A stretch of DNA of 32,000 bases from the NCBI RefSeq assembly GCF_000009045.1, contig NC_000964.3, positions 2,880,001 to 2,912,000 on the forward strand. Reading direction: 5' to 3'. Position numbers and translations under genes: made by a program. This stretch comes from Bacillus subtilis subsp. subtilis str. 168 (lineage in GTDB: Bacteria; Bacillota; Bacilli; Bacillales; Bacillaceae). Numbering within the stretch: the first letter of the stretch is position 1; every line of letters begins with the position of its first letter. The notes below the pieces were generated by a model, which worked only from the letters and a program-made list of their open reading frames with translations, had not been told where the DNA came from and searched no databases. Shown here piece after piece: positions 11,020 to 21,943 of this stretch.

Positions 11020-12117
11020 TCACACATTAGAAATTGTATTTTCACTCATGATTGCTGCCTTAACTTCCTCTGTAATGGCCTGAGTGCTGCTGAACTCTTC
11101 ACTCCGTGCCAAGTCTCTTGTTCTTTTTCCAGAAGCCAAGACTTTGTTTACCGCATCTTCTACAGCTTTCGCTTCCTCTTCAAGCCCGAAAGATGTTCTC
11201 AAAAGCATTGCCGCTGACAATATGGCTGCGAACGGATTTGCCATCCCTTTACCGGCAATATCAGGCGCGGAGCCATGAACAGGTTCAAACAGATGAAGGC
11301 CAGAGCTTGATAGGCTGGCTGACGGGAGCATTCCGAGCGAGCCTGTAAGCATGGACGCTTCATCGCTTAAAATATCACCGAACATATTTTCAGTCACCAC
11401 GACATCAAATTGATTCGGTGCATAAATTAGCTGCATGGCCGCGTTATCCACAAGCATGTGCTCAAGCTTCACATCAGGAAATTCTTGTGCAACGTCCTCA
11501 GCCACTTCACGCCACAGCCGGCTTGATTCAAGAACATTCGCTTTATCTACAGAGGTCACTTTGCCTTTTCTGGCTGCCGCCATTTTGAAGCCCTCTCTGA
11601 TCACTCGTTCAATTTCCGTTCGCTTATAAAACAGTGTATCTACTGCTTCCTGCTCACCTTCAGTGTTTACATAACGTTTGCTCGGCTGGCCGAAATACAA
11701 GCCGCCTGTGAGCTCACGAACGATAACGAAATCAACATTATCTATATATTCTTTTTTCAAAGGCGAAGCGTCAGAAAGGCTTTCAAATACCTTCACAGGC
11801 CGCAAATTCGCAAACAAATCAAGCTGTTTTCTGATGCTGAGCAGCCCTTTTTCCGGTCTCAGTTCCGAAGGATTTTGATCCCATTTCGGTCCGCCGACAG
11901 CACCAAGCAATATCGCGTCTGCATTTTTACAAGCAGCAACGGTTTCCTCCGGGAGGGGGTTATGATGTTCATCAATAGCCGCCCCTCCAATCAGGCCATA
12001 TTCAAATTCAAATTCATGGTTAAAGCGTTCGGCAACACTTTTCAGTACGTCTGTCGCTGATTCTAATACTTCAGGGCCGATCCCGTCTCCGGGCAATAGA
12101 GCAATACGTTTCTTCAA
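11020..12117 (-). CDS. leuB: 3-isopropylmalate dehydrogenase
   Basis: 365-aa ORF with the signature NMFGDILSDEASMLTGSLGMLPSASL. Confidence 0.98.
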   Translation of the reverse strand: MKKRIALLPGDGIGPEVLESATDVLKSVAERFNHEFEFEYGLIGGAAIDEHHNPLPEETVAACKNADAILLGAVGGPKWDQNPSELRPEKGLLSIRKQLDLFANLRPVKVFESLSDASPLKKEYIDNVDFVIVRELTGGLYFGQPSKRYVNTEGEQEAVDTLFYKRTEIERVIREGFKMAAARKGKVTSVDKANVLESSRLWREVAEDVAQEFPDVKLEHMLVDNAAMQLIYAPNQFDVVVTENMFGDILSDEASMLTGSLGMLPSASLSSSGLHLFEPVHGSAPDIAGKGMANPFAAILSAAMLLRTSFGLEEEAKAVEDAVNKVLASGKRTRDLARSEEFSSTQAITEEVKAAIMSENTISNV

Positions 12118-12137
12118 GTTAACCGTTCTCCTTTCTT

Positions 12138-15247
<3,110 letters not shown>

Positions 15248-15251
<4 letters not shown>

Positions 15252-16972
15252 GGTTTCACCCCCACCATTTCATGCAGCCCTTTCCCCGGAGCCACCATCG
15301 GGAATACTTTTTCTTCGCTGGCAACCCGCACGTCAATGACAACAGGTTCTCTTGATGTTAATGCCTCTTCCAGCTTTTCCTTTGCTTCCGCTTCTGATGA
15401 AATTCTGATGCCTTTAATGCCGTATGCTTCGGACAATTTGACGAAGTCAGGCTGAGAAGCGAATTTAGATTCTGAATAACGTTCTTCATAGAAAATTTCC
15501 TGCCACTGTCTGACCATTCCGAGACAAGCGTTATTTAAAATCACTACCTTGACCGGAAGATTTAATTCGCGAATAACATCGAGTTCTTGAAGCGTCATTT
15601 GGAATCCGCCGTCTCCGACAACCGCGACAACAGTAGCATCTTTTTCGGCCAGCTGTGCGCCGATCGCCGCCGGAAGACCGAATCCCATCGTTCCAAGTCC
15701 GCCTGACGTGACCCATTTATCTGCTTTTTGGAACGGATAAAATTGCGCTGACCACATTTGATGCTGGCCTACATCCGTTGCGACAATGGCCTCTCCTTTT
15801 GTAAATTGATGAATATATTCAATCAATTTCTGAGGTTTAAAACCTTCTTCTTCATTATCTACATACCAGAGCGGATACTCTTCTTTCCATTCTGCGAGCT
15901 GTTTTTTCCATTCGCTTGAATCGCTTTGTTTGCCGTCTTGTTTGATCAGCTCCTGCAGGACAATTTTGCTGTCTCCGACTACAGGAATCTGTGTTTTCAT
16001 GATTTTTCCGATTTCAGCTGGATCAATATCGATGTGGGCTATCTTTGCGTTTCTGGCAAAGTGTTTCAGGTTTCCTGTGACACGGTCATCAAAACGGGCG
16101 CCGATACTGATTAATAGATCACATTCATGAAGGGCCATATTGGCTGTATAAGTACCGTGCATTCCCGCCATCCCTAGGAAAAGCGGATGGTCAGCCGGGA
16201 AGCCTCCGAGCCCCAAAAGGGTGTGTGCCACAGGGATTTGCTGCTGTTCAGCATAATTTTTTAATTCTTCTGACGCTTTTCCGTGCAGTACGCCCGCACC
16301 CGCCAGGATCACCGGTTTTTTCGCACTGCTCACGGCTTCCACAAGCTTGCGGATCTGCAAATAATTCGGCTCTGTTGTCGGCTGGTATCCCGGGAGATTC
16401 ATCTCATGATCGTAGCTGAATTCTCCTTCAATTGTTGCTACATCTTTCGGAATATCAATCAATACAGGTCCGGGTCTTCCAGTTGTTGCAATATGGAACG
16501 CTTCTTTAATGATGCGCGGCAGATCTTCCGGCTGGCGAACCTGGTAGCTGTGTTTTGTTACTGGCATCGTAATCCCTAAAATGTCTGCTTCCTGAAATGC
16601 ATCGCTCCCGATTACAGAGGTTGCTACCTGCCCTGTAAAGACGACTAACGGCAATGAATCAATCATGGCATCAGCAAGGCCTGTAACAAGGTTTGTCGCT
16701 CCCGGCCCTGACGTGGCAATGACGACACCCGGTTTTCCGGAGACCCTTGCGTATCCCTCCGCTGCATGAATTGCTCCTTGTTCGTGACGGGGAAGGATAT
16801 GTACCAACCCTGAATTGTATAGCTTATCGTAAATCGGAAGCACAGCCCCGCCCGGATAACCGAAGATCATTTCTACTTTCTCTTTTTTTAATGATTCAAT
16901 CAGCATTAATGCTCCGCTCATCGTCTGTGTACATTCGGCAGATGCTGAATCCACCTGTACATTAGTCCCCAT
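15248..16972 (-). CDS. ilvB: Acetolactate synthase large subunit (TPP-dependent)
   Basis: 574-aa ORF with the TPP-binding region GDGGFQM...N. An AAAGGAGG SD lies upstream of the ATG at 16972. Confidence 0.98.
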
Positions 16973-17041
16973 TTTAGTTCCTCCTTTTGGATTTTCATCC
17001 TTTAAAGATCATCTTTTCATTAGCTAGATAGCTGATTATTC

Positions 17042-17452
17042 AATAAAAAAAGCCCTTCCGCCCACAATCAGCCGCGCAGTAACTGCGATAGCTAAAAGGG
17101 GCGAAAAGGCTTTTCTTTCCGCGGTACCACCCTTGTTTACGGCCTGTTAATCGGCCGTCTCATGGATATTTCTATCCGCTTTAGTAACGAGTGAATCAAG
17201 TTCACCCGGCCAAGTCCTACTGTCATTTCAGACTGGCACTCTGAGGCGAGTTCACCTTGTAAAGCTTCGCCGGTTCTCAGCTAACCCGGTTCTCTGTGGA
17301 AAACTTTATCAAGGCTACTTATCCTCATCTGCGCTTTTCATATTCAGCCTTCGGAACGGCTTTCCAGCTGTTCAAGAAGGTCGTTTGTTTTTCATTTTTT
17401 TAGAATCATACTGCGATGATTTTCGCTTGTGAAGCTTGCATTTATCTTTTGT
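17042..17452 (-). promoter_or_regulatory. T-box riboswitch leader of the ilv-leu operon (candidate Leu specifier CUC)
   Basis: The conserved T-box sequence AGGGTGGTACCGCG is the reverse complement of 17120-17133. Stem I elements are visible: AGATGAGGA (K-turn-like), AGAGA, and a distal GGTTAGCTGAGAACC hairpin. The candidate specifier GAA-CUC-G has CUC as the reverse complement of 17248-17250. A terminator follows. Confidence 0.9.
17044..17114 (-). terminator. T-box leader terminator (attenuator) upstream of ilvB
   Basis: Minus strand AAAGCCTTTTCGCCC pairs with GGGCGGAAGGGCTTT (15 bp including G-U pairs) and is followed by TTTTTTT. The 5' arm overlaps the 3' side of the T-box antiterminator sequence. 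Confidence 0.85.
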
Positions 17453-17459
17453 TGAACTC

Positions 17460-17488
17460 ATATTACGCCGCTTTGGACGCAGTGTCAA
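17460..17488 (-). promoter_or_regulatory. Sigma-A promoter of the ilv-leu operon (-35 TTGACA, 17 nt, -10 TAATAT)
   Basis: A consensus -35 is the reverse complement of 17483-17488 and TAATAT of 17460-17465. The implied leader of about 480 nt agrees with my recollection of the published ilv-leu leader length. Confidence 0.85.
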
Positions 17489-17535
17489 CAGCATTTTTTA
17501 AAATTATTAGACAATTTTGATTAATCAATCTATAT

Positions 17536-17549
17536 TGTATACGCTTTCA
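17536..17549. promoter_or_regulatory. Candidate catabolite-responsive element (cre, CcpA site) upstream of the ilv-leu promoter
   Basis: TGTATACGCTTTCA matches TGWAANCGNTNWCA with one mismatch on either strand. It is centred about 90 nt upstream of the inferred start site, where a cre has been described for this operon (from memory). Confidence 0.6.
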
Positions 17550-17646
17550 TTATTGGTACAAAAGGAATTGCAAATGTTAAAAGTTTTTATAATTTTTTTA
17601 TTAATCTATCAAGAATACACCAGAATTATTTAATTTTATATAAACA

Positions 17647-17663
17647 TGGAAGATTTTATAACA
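17647..17663. promoter_or_regulatory. Candidate TnrA box upstream of the ilv-leu promoter
   Basis: Minus strand TGTTATAAAATCTTCCA matches TGTNANAWWWTMTNACA with one mismatch. It lies about 195-211 nt upstream of the inferred start site. Confidence 0.5.
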
Positions 17664-17729
17664 CGATATGGTTCGTATATGGATTGAGTCTGACAGATCA
17701 TCTTGCAATCCATTTCAATTTCGGATAGG

Positions 17730-17758
17730 CACTTCTCTTGTTCCCTCGGCATACATTA
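17730..17758 (+). promoter_or_regulatory. Candidate sigma-K-type promoter of ysnD (AC-N17-CATACATTA)
   Basis: cAC at 17730-17732, a 17-nt spacer, then CATACATTA at 17750-17758 (consensus CATAnnnTA). The -10 ends 30 nt before the ysnD ATG. ATAGGC (a TRGGY GerE-like half site) sits at 17724-17729, adjacent to the -35. Confidence 0.5.
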
Positions 17759-17787
17759 ATGATATCTTGCAAAGAAAAGGTGATACG

Positions 17788-18123
17788 ATGAATAAATCAT
17801 TTGCAGACATGCAAGGATTTCCTGCGGGCTTTCCAAGCTTCCCCAACTTTCCGCAGCAGTACTATCCTGCTGTCCCTCCCTTTTACCAGCAAAGCCAGCA
17901 GCCATTTGGAGGCTACGGATACGGACAGCCGTTCAGTCAGGCATACAGCCCGTTAACCACTCCCTCTGGAATGTACTCCTCATTCCCATACGCTTCAGGA
18001 TTTTACGGACAGCAATTTTCAGGTGCAGGCTTTAGCGGCCATGGCGGCAGCTTAAGTGCTCCAGCGATACATGCCGGCGGATTCAGCGGGGCGCCAGGCG
18101 TACACGGAGGCTTTAGATATTAA
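17788..18123 (+). CDS. ysnD: Low-complexity G/F/P/Q/S/Y-rich small protein YsnD (spore-coat-like)
   Basis: The ATG at 17788 is preceded by AAAAGGTGA. The 111-aa product begins [27 protein letters not shown] and contains GGFSG-type repeats. The 40 upstream codons of the track ORF lack an SD. Confidence 0.85.
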
Positions 18124-18133
18124 AGAATACCAC

Positions 18134-18170
18134 AAGGGCCGAACATCTATTGCGGTCCTTTTATTGTTTT
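18134..18170 (+). terminator. Intrinsic terminator of ysnD
   Basis: AAGGGCCG-11 nt loop-CGGTCCTT followed by TTATTGTTTT. Confidence 0.65.
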
Positions 18171-18291
18171 AAAACGACTTCACAAGTACAGTCACATTTT
18201 CTGTCTTTATATTTGGAAACAGGATGGAATATGATTAAGATGAATTGAACGATATTCTGCACAATCCGTAAGTTTTCGAGGAGGAATAAAA

Positions 18292-18747
18292 TTGCATATA
18301 AAAATAGACGATTTAACTGGACGTCAGGTGGTTTCACTGGTGAATGAGCATTTACATAGCATGACGCTTATGTCCCCGCCAGAAAGCATTCATGCCTTAG
18401 GTCTAGAAAAACTAAGAGGGCCTGAAATAACATTTTGGAGCGCATGGGAAGGTGATGAACTAGCTGGCTGCGGAGCGCTAAAAGAACTGGACACCCGGCA
18501 TGGAGAAATCAAATCAATGCGAACATCTGCATCACATTTAAGAAAAGGCGTTGCCAAACAAGTTCTCCAGCACATCATTGAAGAAGCCGAGAAGCGAGGC
18601 TATGAGCGGTTAAGCTTAGAAACGGGTTCAATGGCTTCATTTGAGCCGGCAAGAAAATTGTATGAAAGCTTCGGTTTCCAGTATTGTGAACCGTTTGCAG
18701 ACTACGGTGAAGATCCAAACAGTGTGTTTATGACGAAGAAATTGTGA
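18292..18747 (+). CDS. ysnE: GNAT-family N-acetyltransferase YsnE
   Basis: 151-aa ORF with a TTG start preceded by GAGGAGGA. The acetyl-CoA binding-type motif LRKGVAKQVLQHIIEEAEKRG is present. Confidence 0.93.
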   Translation: MHIKIDDLTGRQVVSLVNEHLHSMTLMSPPESIHALGLEKLRGPEITFWSAWEGDELAGCGALKELDTRHGEIKSMRTSASHLRKGVAKQVLQHIIEEAEKRGYERLSLETGSMASFEPARKLYESFGFQYCEPFADYGEDPNSVFMTKKL

Positions 18748-18761
18748 GACGGCTTTATAAG

Positions 18762-18805
18762 GATAGATAAGTGCAGGGGAAGGTCTGTCTTATCTATCTT
18801 TTTTT
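18762..18805 (+). terminator. Intrinsic terminator of ysnE
   Basis: GATAGATAAG-17 nt loop-CTTATCTATC followed by TTTTTTT. Confidence 0.85.
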
Positions 18806-18855
18806 ATATTCACACATTTTTCACCTTTATGATACACGCCAATGTTTTCAATTTT

Positions 18856-18880
18856 GTTTAATTCAAAGAACAGCGGGAAT
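18856..18880 (+). promoter_or_regulatory. Sigma-B-type promoter of ysnF (GTTTAA-N13-GGGAAT)
   Basis: GTTTAA at 18856-18861 and GGGAAT at 18875-18880 match the general-stress promoter consensus GTTTAA-N12-15-GGGWAW. The -10 ends about 50 nt upstream of the ysnF ATG. Confidence 0.75.
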
Positions 18881-18930
18881 TACAAACGACATGAACGATA
18901 TCATGCAAATTCATAAAGGAGGAGATTGAT

Positions 18931-19752
18931 ATGAAAAGCATAGTTGGTGTATATGAAACTCCGCAGGAAACCATCGCAGCGATTGAAGGCTTACTTACAA
19001 AAGGCTATGATTCTGATGACATTTCTGTTGTGACAAGCCGGCGAGATACAGATTATTTGGAGTCACGTACAGGAACAGAAGTCAATCAAGCTATCGATGC
19101 ACATCAGGACGAATCTGAATCTTTTTTCGATAAACTGAAAGATTATTTCACAATGGATGATACTGCTACACACAGCAAAGCATTATCCGACTTGGATATT
19201 AAAACTGATGAAATAGACAAGTATCAAGAAGATTTGGATGACGGAAAACTTCTGGTAGCCGTCGATACAGATGCAGATGTAATTGCTCCTATTGATAACG
19301 GCAATGCCCTTTCAGGCGGCTTTTCAAGCACAAATGAATTGGATTATACAACGAAAGAAGAAAAAACGATGCCGCTCCGGGAAGAACAGCTGAAGGTCGA
19401 TAAGGAAGACGTTCAAACCGGCGAAGTAGAAATAGGAAAAGAAGTGAAAACAGAAAAAAGAGATATGGACATTCCGGTGAGACATGATGAAATTTATGTC
19501 GAACGCCGTCCAGTGGATGAAAATAAAACGGACGCTGCTCCCGTCAACGATTCGGAAGAGATCAGAGTTCCAATCGTTGAGGAAAAGCTGGAAGTGACTA
19601 AAAAACCGGTTGTCACTGATGAAGTGGTTGTCGGCAAACGCACTGTTGAAGAAAATGAACATATTTCTGAAACTGTGAAAAAAGAAGAACCTCGTCTGAA
19701 TAAAGAAGGAAAAGTTGACGGCTTGGATGATGATCCGTTAAATAACAAATGA
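18931..19752 (+). CDS. ysnF: General stress protein YsnF (N-terminal YflT-like region plus two YsnF/AvaK-type repeats)
   Basis: 273-aa acidic ORF with an AAGGAGGAG SD. There is an internal duplication at residues ~148-193 and ~212-256. Confidence 0.95.
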   Translation: MKSIVGVYETPQETIAAIEGLLTKGYDSDDISVVTSRRDTDYLESRTGTEVNQAIDAHQDESESFFDKLKDYFTMDDTATHSKALSDLDIKTDEIDKYQEDLDDGKLLVAVDTDADVIAPIDNGNALSGGFSSTNELDYTTKEEKTMPLREEQLKVDKEDVQTGEVEIGKEVKTEKRDMDIPVRHDEIYVERRPVDENKTDAAPVNDSEEIRVPIVEEKLEVTKKPVVTDEVVVGKRTVEENEHISETVKKEEPRLNKEGKVDGLDDDPLNNK

Positions 19753-19770
19753 AAATCATAGACCGACAAC

Positions 19771-19810
19771 AAAAAACCTCAAATCCTAAATGGATTTGAG
19801 GTTTTTCTTT
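19771..19810. terminator. Bidirectional intrinsic terminator shared by convergent ysnF and tRNA-Arg
   Basis: AACCTCAAATCC-taaa-tGGATTTGAGGTT is flanked by an A-run on the left and a T-run on the right, so a U-tract follows the hairpin on both strands. Confidence 0.85.
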
Positions 19811-19815
19811 TGGTA

Positions 19816-19889
<74 letters not shown>

Positions 19890-19936
19890 ACGTTTTGTTT
19901 TTTTGTTTTTCGCTTTAACTATCAGCGACAAGATTT

Positions 19937-19965
19937 ATTATATATGGGATGCAATAATAAGTCAA
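19937..19965 (-). promoter_or_regulatory. Sigma-A promoter of tRNA-Arg (-35 TTGACT, 17 nt, -10 TATAAT) with A-rich UP-like tract upstream
   Basis: TTGACT is the reverse complement of 19960-19965 and TATAAT of 19937-19942. AAAAAATTCTAAAAAACC lies immediately upstream on the minus strand. The -10 is about 45 nt before the mature tRNA 5' end. Confidence 0.8.
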
Positions 19966-19984
19966 CGGTTTTTTAGAATTTTTT

Positions 19985-20014
19985 TCATGAGGAAGAAAAT
20001 TTTCTTCCTCATGA
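19985..20014. repeat. Perfect 30-nt palindrome (TCATGAGGAAGAAAA/TTTTCTTCCTCATGA), 5 nt downstream of the ysnB stop
   Basis: The two 15-nt halves are exact reverse complements. On the minus (ysnB-sense) strand the hairpin is followed by an A-run rather than a U-run. Confidence 0.9.
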
Positions 20015-20019
20015 CATTT

Positions 20020-20535
20020 TCATAGTGTGACTCGATTTTGCAGATCCTCAATTTCATTGCCTGCTTGGTCGTAAAAACGGACTGTCGCAGCATCATTTTC
20101 TAATGTCAGTATAGCATAGCTTTCTGTCCTGCGCACCCTCGGAAGCCGGATGCTGCCTGGGTTAATCATCAGTTTTCCGCGCAGCACTTCGCTTCCCGCG
20201 ATGTGCGAATGCCCGAAGCAGATAACATCCGCCCCGAGCTCCTCTGCACGATAGTATACGTTTAACAAGGTCTGTTTTATACCGTGAAGGTGGCCGTGTG
20301 TGACTAGTATTTTTCTTGAGCCGGCAGTCAGAAGAAGCTCGTCCTTAAAATCGCCGGCAAAATCGCAATTGCCTTTTACAACCGCATAAGGCTCCAATGC
20401 AGGATGCCTCGTCTCAAGCTCAGAGTCCCCGCAATGAATCATGAGATCAACTTCTGCCTCATGCCGTTTCGCAATGGTTTGGAGTTCTTCTTCAAGCCCA
20501 TGGCTGTCACTGATAATCAGCACGTTCATGTACAA
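20020..20535 (-). CDS. ysnB: YfcE-type metallophosphoesterase YsnB
   Basis: 171-aa ORF with calcineurin-like motifs DSHG, GDSE, GNCD, HGH and GHSH. The TTG start at 20535 (an ATG two codons later is the alternative) lies just after AAGGAGG, which abuts the ysnA stop. Confidence 0.93.
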   Translation of the reverse strand: MYMNVLIISDSHGLEEELQTIAKRHEAEVDLMIHCGDSELETRHPALEPYAVVKGNCDFAGDFKDELLLTAGSRKILVTHGHLHGIKQTLLNVYYRAEELGADVICFGHSHIAGSEVLRGKLMINPGSIRLPRVRRTESYAILTLENDAATVRFYDQAGNEIEDLQNRVTL

Positions 20536-20544
20536 GCTTCCTCC

Positions 20545-21141
20545 TTATGCCTCCAAAAGCTTAGACAGCTTTTTAAGCGCGTCAGCCCTATGGCTGATTT
20601 TATTTTTTTCATCACTTGTCAGTTCAGCCATCGTCTTATCTTTATCTTTCACGATAAAAATTGGGTCATAGCCAAAGCCATATTCTCCTCTCGGTTCTTC
20701 AGCAATATACCCTTCAACATGGCCTTCGACTGTTTTTGTTTCCTCTCCGGGAATACTCACGGCCAGTGCGCAGCGGAAACGGGCGGTGCGCTGTTCTTTT
20801 TCGATACCTTTCAGCTCGCTGAGCACTTTTTCGATATTTGCCTGGTCGTCTTTCTGTTCCCCTGCATAGCGGGCTGAATAAACCCCGGGTCTGCCGCCAA
20901 GATTATCGATGGATAGTCCGGAGTCATCCGCAATCACCATTTTGTTCACTGCTTTGGCAACAGCTTCCGCTTTCATAATGGCATTTTCTTCAAATGTATG
21001 GCCTGTTTCTTCAATTTCCTCTGTGAATCCAATTTCAGCTAAAGATTTGACATCATAGCCTCTTGGCTCAAGAATTTCTTTGAATTCCTTCACTTTTCCC
21101 GGATTATGTGTTGCAATAATTGCTTCTTTCATGATGATCAA
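20545..21141 (-). CDS. ysnA: Non-canonical purine NTP pyrophosphatase (RdgB/HAM1 family ITPase/XTPase)
   Basis: The HAM1-family sequence begins MKEAIIATHNPGKVKEF and contains GFGYDPIF. The track ORF starts at the TTG at 21141. The ATG at 21132 has better spacing from the GAAAGG SD and may be the true start. Confidence 0.93.
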   Translation of the reverse strand: MIIMKEAIIATHNPGKVKEFKEILEPRGYDVKSLAEIGFTEEIEETGHTFEENAIMKAEAVAKAVNKMVIADDSGLSIDNLGGRPGVYSARYAGEQKDDQANIEKVLSELKGIEKEQRTARFRCALAVSIPGEETKTVEGHVEGYIAEEPRGEYGFGYDPIFIVKDKDKTMAELTSDEKNKISHRADALKKLSKLLEA

Positions 21142-21153
21142 GCCTTTCTGTCT

Positions 21154-21891
21154 TTATTTCAGTTCTGGCAGAGAATCACCCAGCACTTCTTTTTGCTTGT
21201 CAATCAGCTCTTGGATTCCTTTTTCCGCAAGACCCAGAAGACCGTTCAGATCCTCTCTAGAAAAAGTTGCCTCTTCCCCGGTTCCCTGCAATTCCACAAA
21301 ACGGCCGCTGCCTGTCATGATGACATTCATGTCAACTTCAGCAGAGGAATCTTCTTCATAATTTAAATCTAACAAAATTCCCTGTTCCTTATCAATTCCA
21401 ACAGAGATTGCAGCAAGAAAATCAGTGATCGGATTTGTCTTGATTGTTCCTGCTTTGATCAGCTTGCCAATCGCAATCGCCATAGCAAGAAATGCGCCTG
21501 TAATGGAAGCTGTTCTAGTTCCTCCATCAGCTTGAATGACATCACAGTCAATCCAAATCGTCCGTTCACCGAGCTTTTCCAGATCTACAACAGCTCGAAG
21601 CGCGCGGCCGATCAGGCGTTGGATCTCCATTGTTCTGCCGGAAATTTTCCCCTTAGAAGATTCTCTGATTGTTCTTTGGTTTGTTGCCCGCGGCAGCATG
21701 CTGTACTCTGCTGTAATCCAGCCTTTCCCTCCGCCCCGCAAAAACGGCGGTACGCGGTCCTCAACAGACGCGTTGCAGATTACCTTTGTATTTCCCGCTG
21801 TTATTAGAACAGAACCTTCCGGATGGCTGATAAAATCCAAATCGAATGTGATTGGACGCAGCTCATCGTGTTGTCTTCCGTCATGTCTCAT
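21154..21891 (-). CDS. rph: Ribonuclease PH
   Basis: 245-aa ORF beginning [14 protein letters not shown], with [28 protein letters not shown] lies upstream. Confidence 0.98.
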   Translation of the reverse strand: MRHDGRQHDELRPITFDLDFISHPEGSVLITAGNTKVICNASVEDRVPPFLRGGGKGWITAEYSMLPRATNQRTIRESSKGKISGRTMEIQRLIGRALRAVVDLEKLGERTIWIDCDVIQADGGTRTASITGAFLAMAIAIGKLIKAGTIKTNPITDFLAAISVGIDKEQGILLDLNYEEDSSAEVDMNVIMTGSGRFVELQGTGEEATFSREDLNGLLGLAEKGIQELIDKQKEVLGDSLPELK

Positions 21892-21943
21892 GTTTTACCT
21901 CCGATTGTATGTACATAAACCATTTTTGTCCCGGAATTGAATA

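Noticed and set aside
17385-17410. 7-codon mini-ORF (MKNKRPS) in the 5' part of the ilvB leader, considered as a possible leader peptide
   Set aside because: It has no SD and no Leu, Ile or Val codons. Control here is explained by the T-box mechanism.
17668-17787. 40-codon N-terminal extension of ysnD
   Set aside because: It has no SD and would overlap the candidate sigma-K promoter. The ATG at 17788 has AAAAGGTGA upstream.
20404-20877. 157-aa plus-strand ORF spanning the ysnB/ysnA junction
   Set aside because: It is antisense to two well-supported genes, and its hydrophobic, Phe-rich translation is typical of the antisense frame of AT-rich coding DNA.
21905-21940. GGGACA-17-TACAAT promoter-like hexamers just upstream of rph
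   Set aside because: The -10 ends only about 14 nt before the ATG, so a transcript would start inside or after the GGAGGT SD. That is not compatible with translation of rph.
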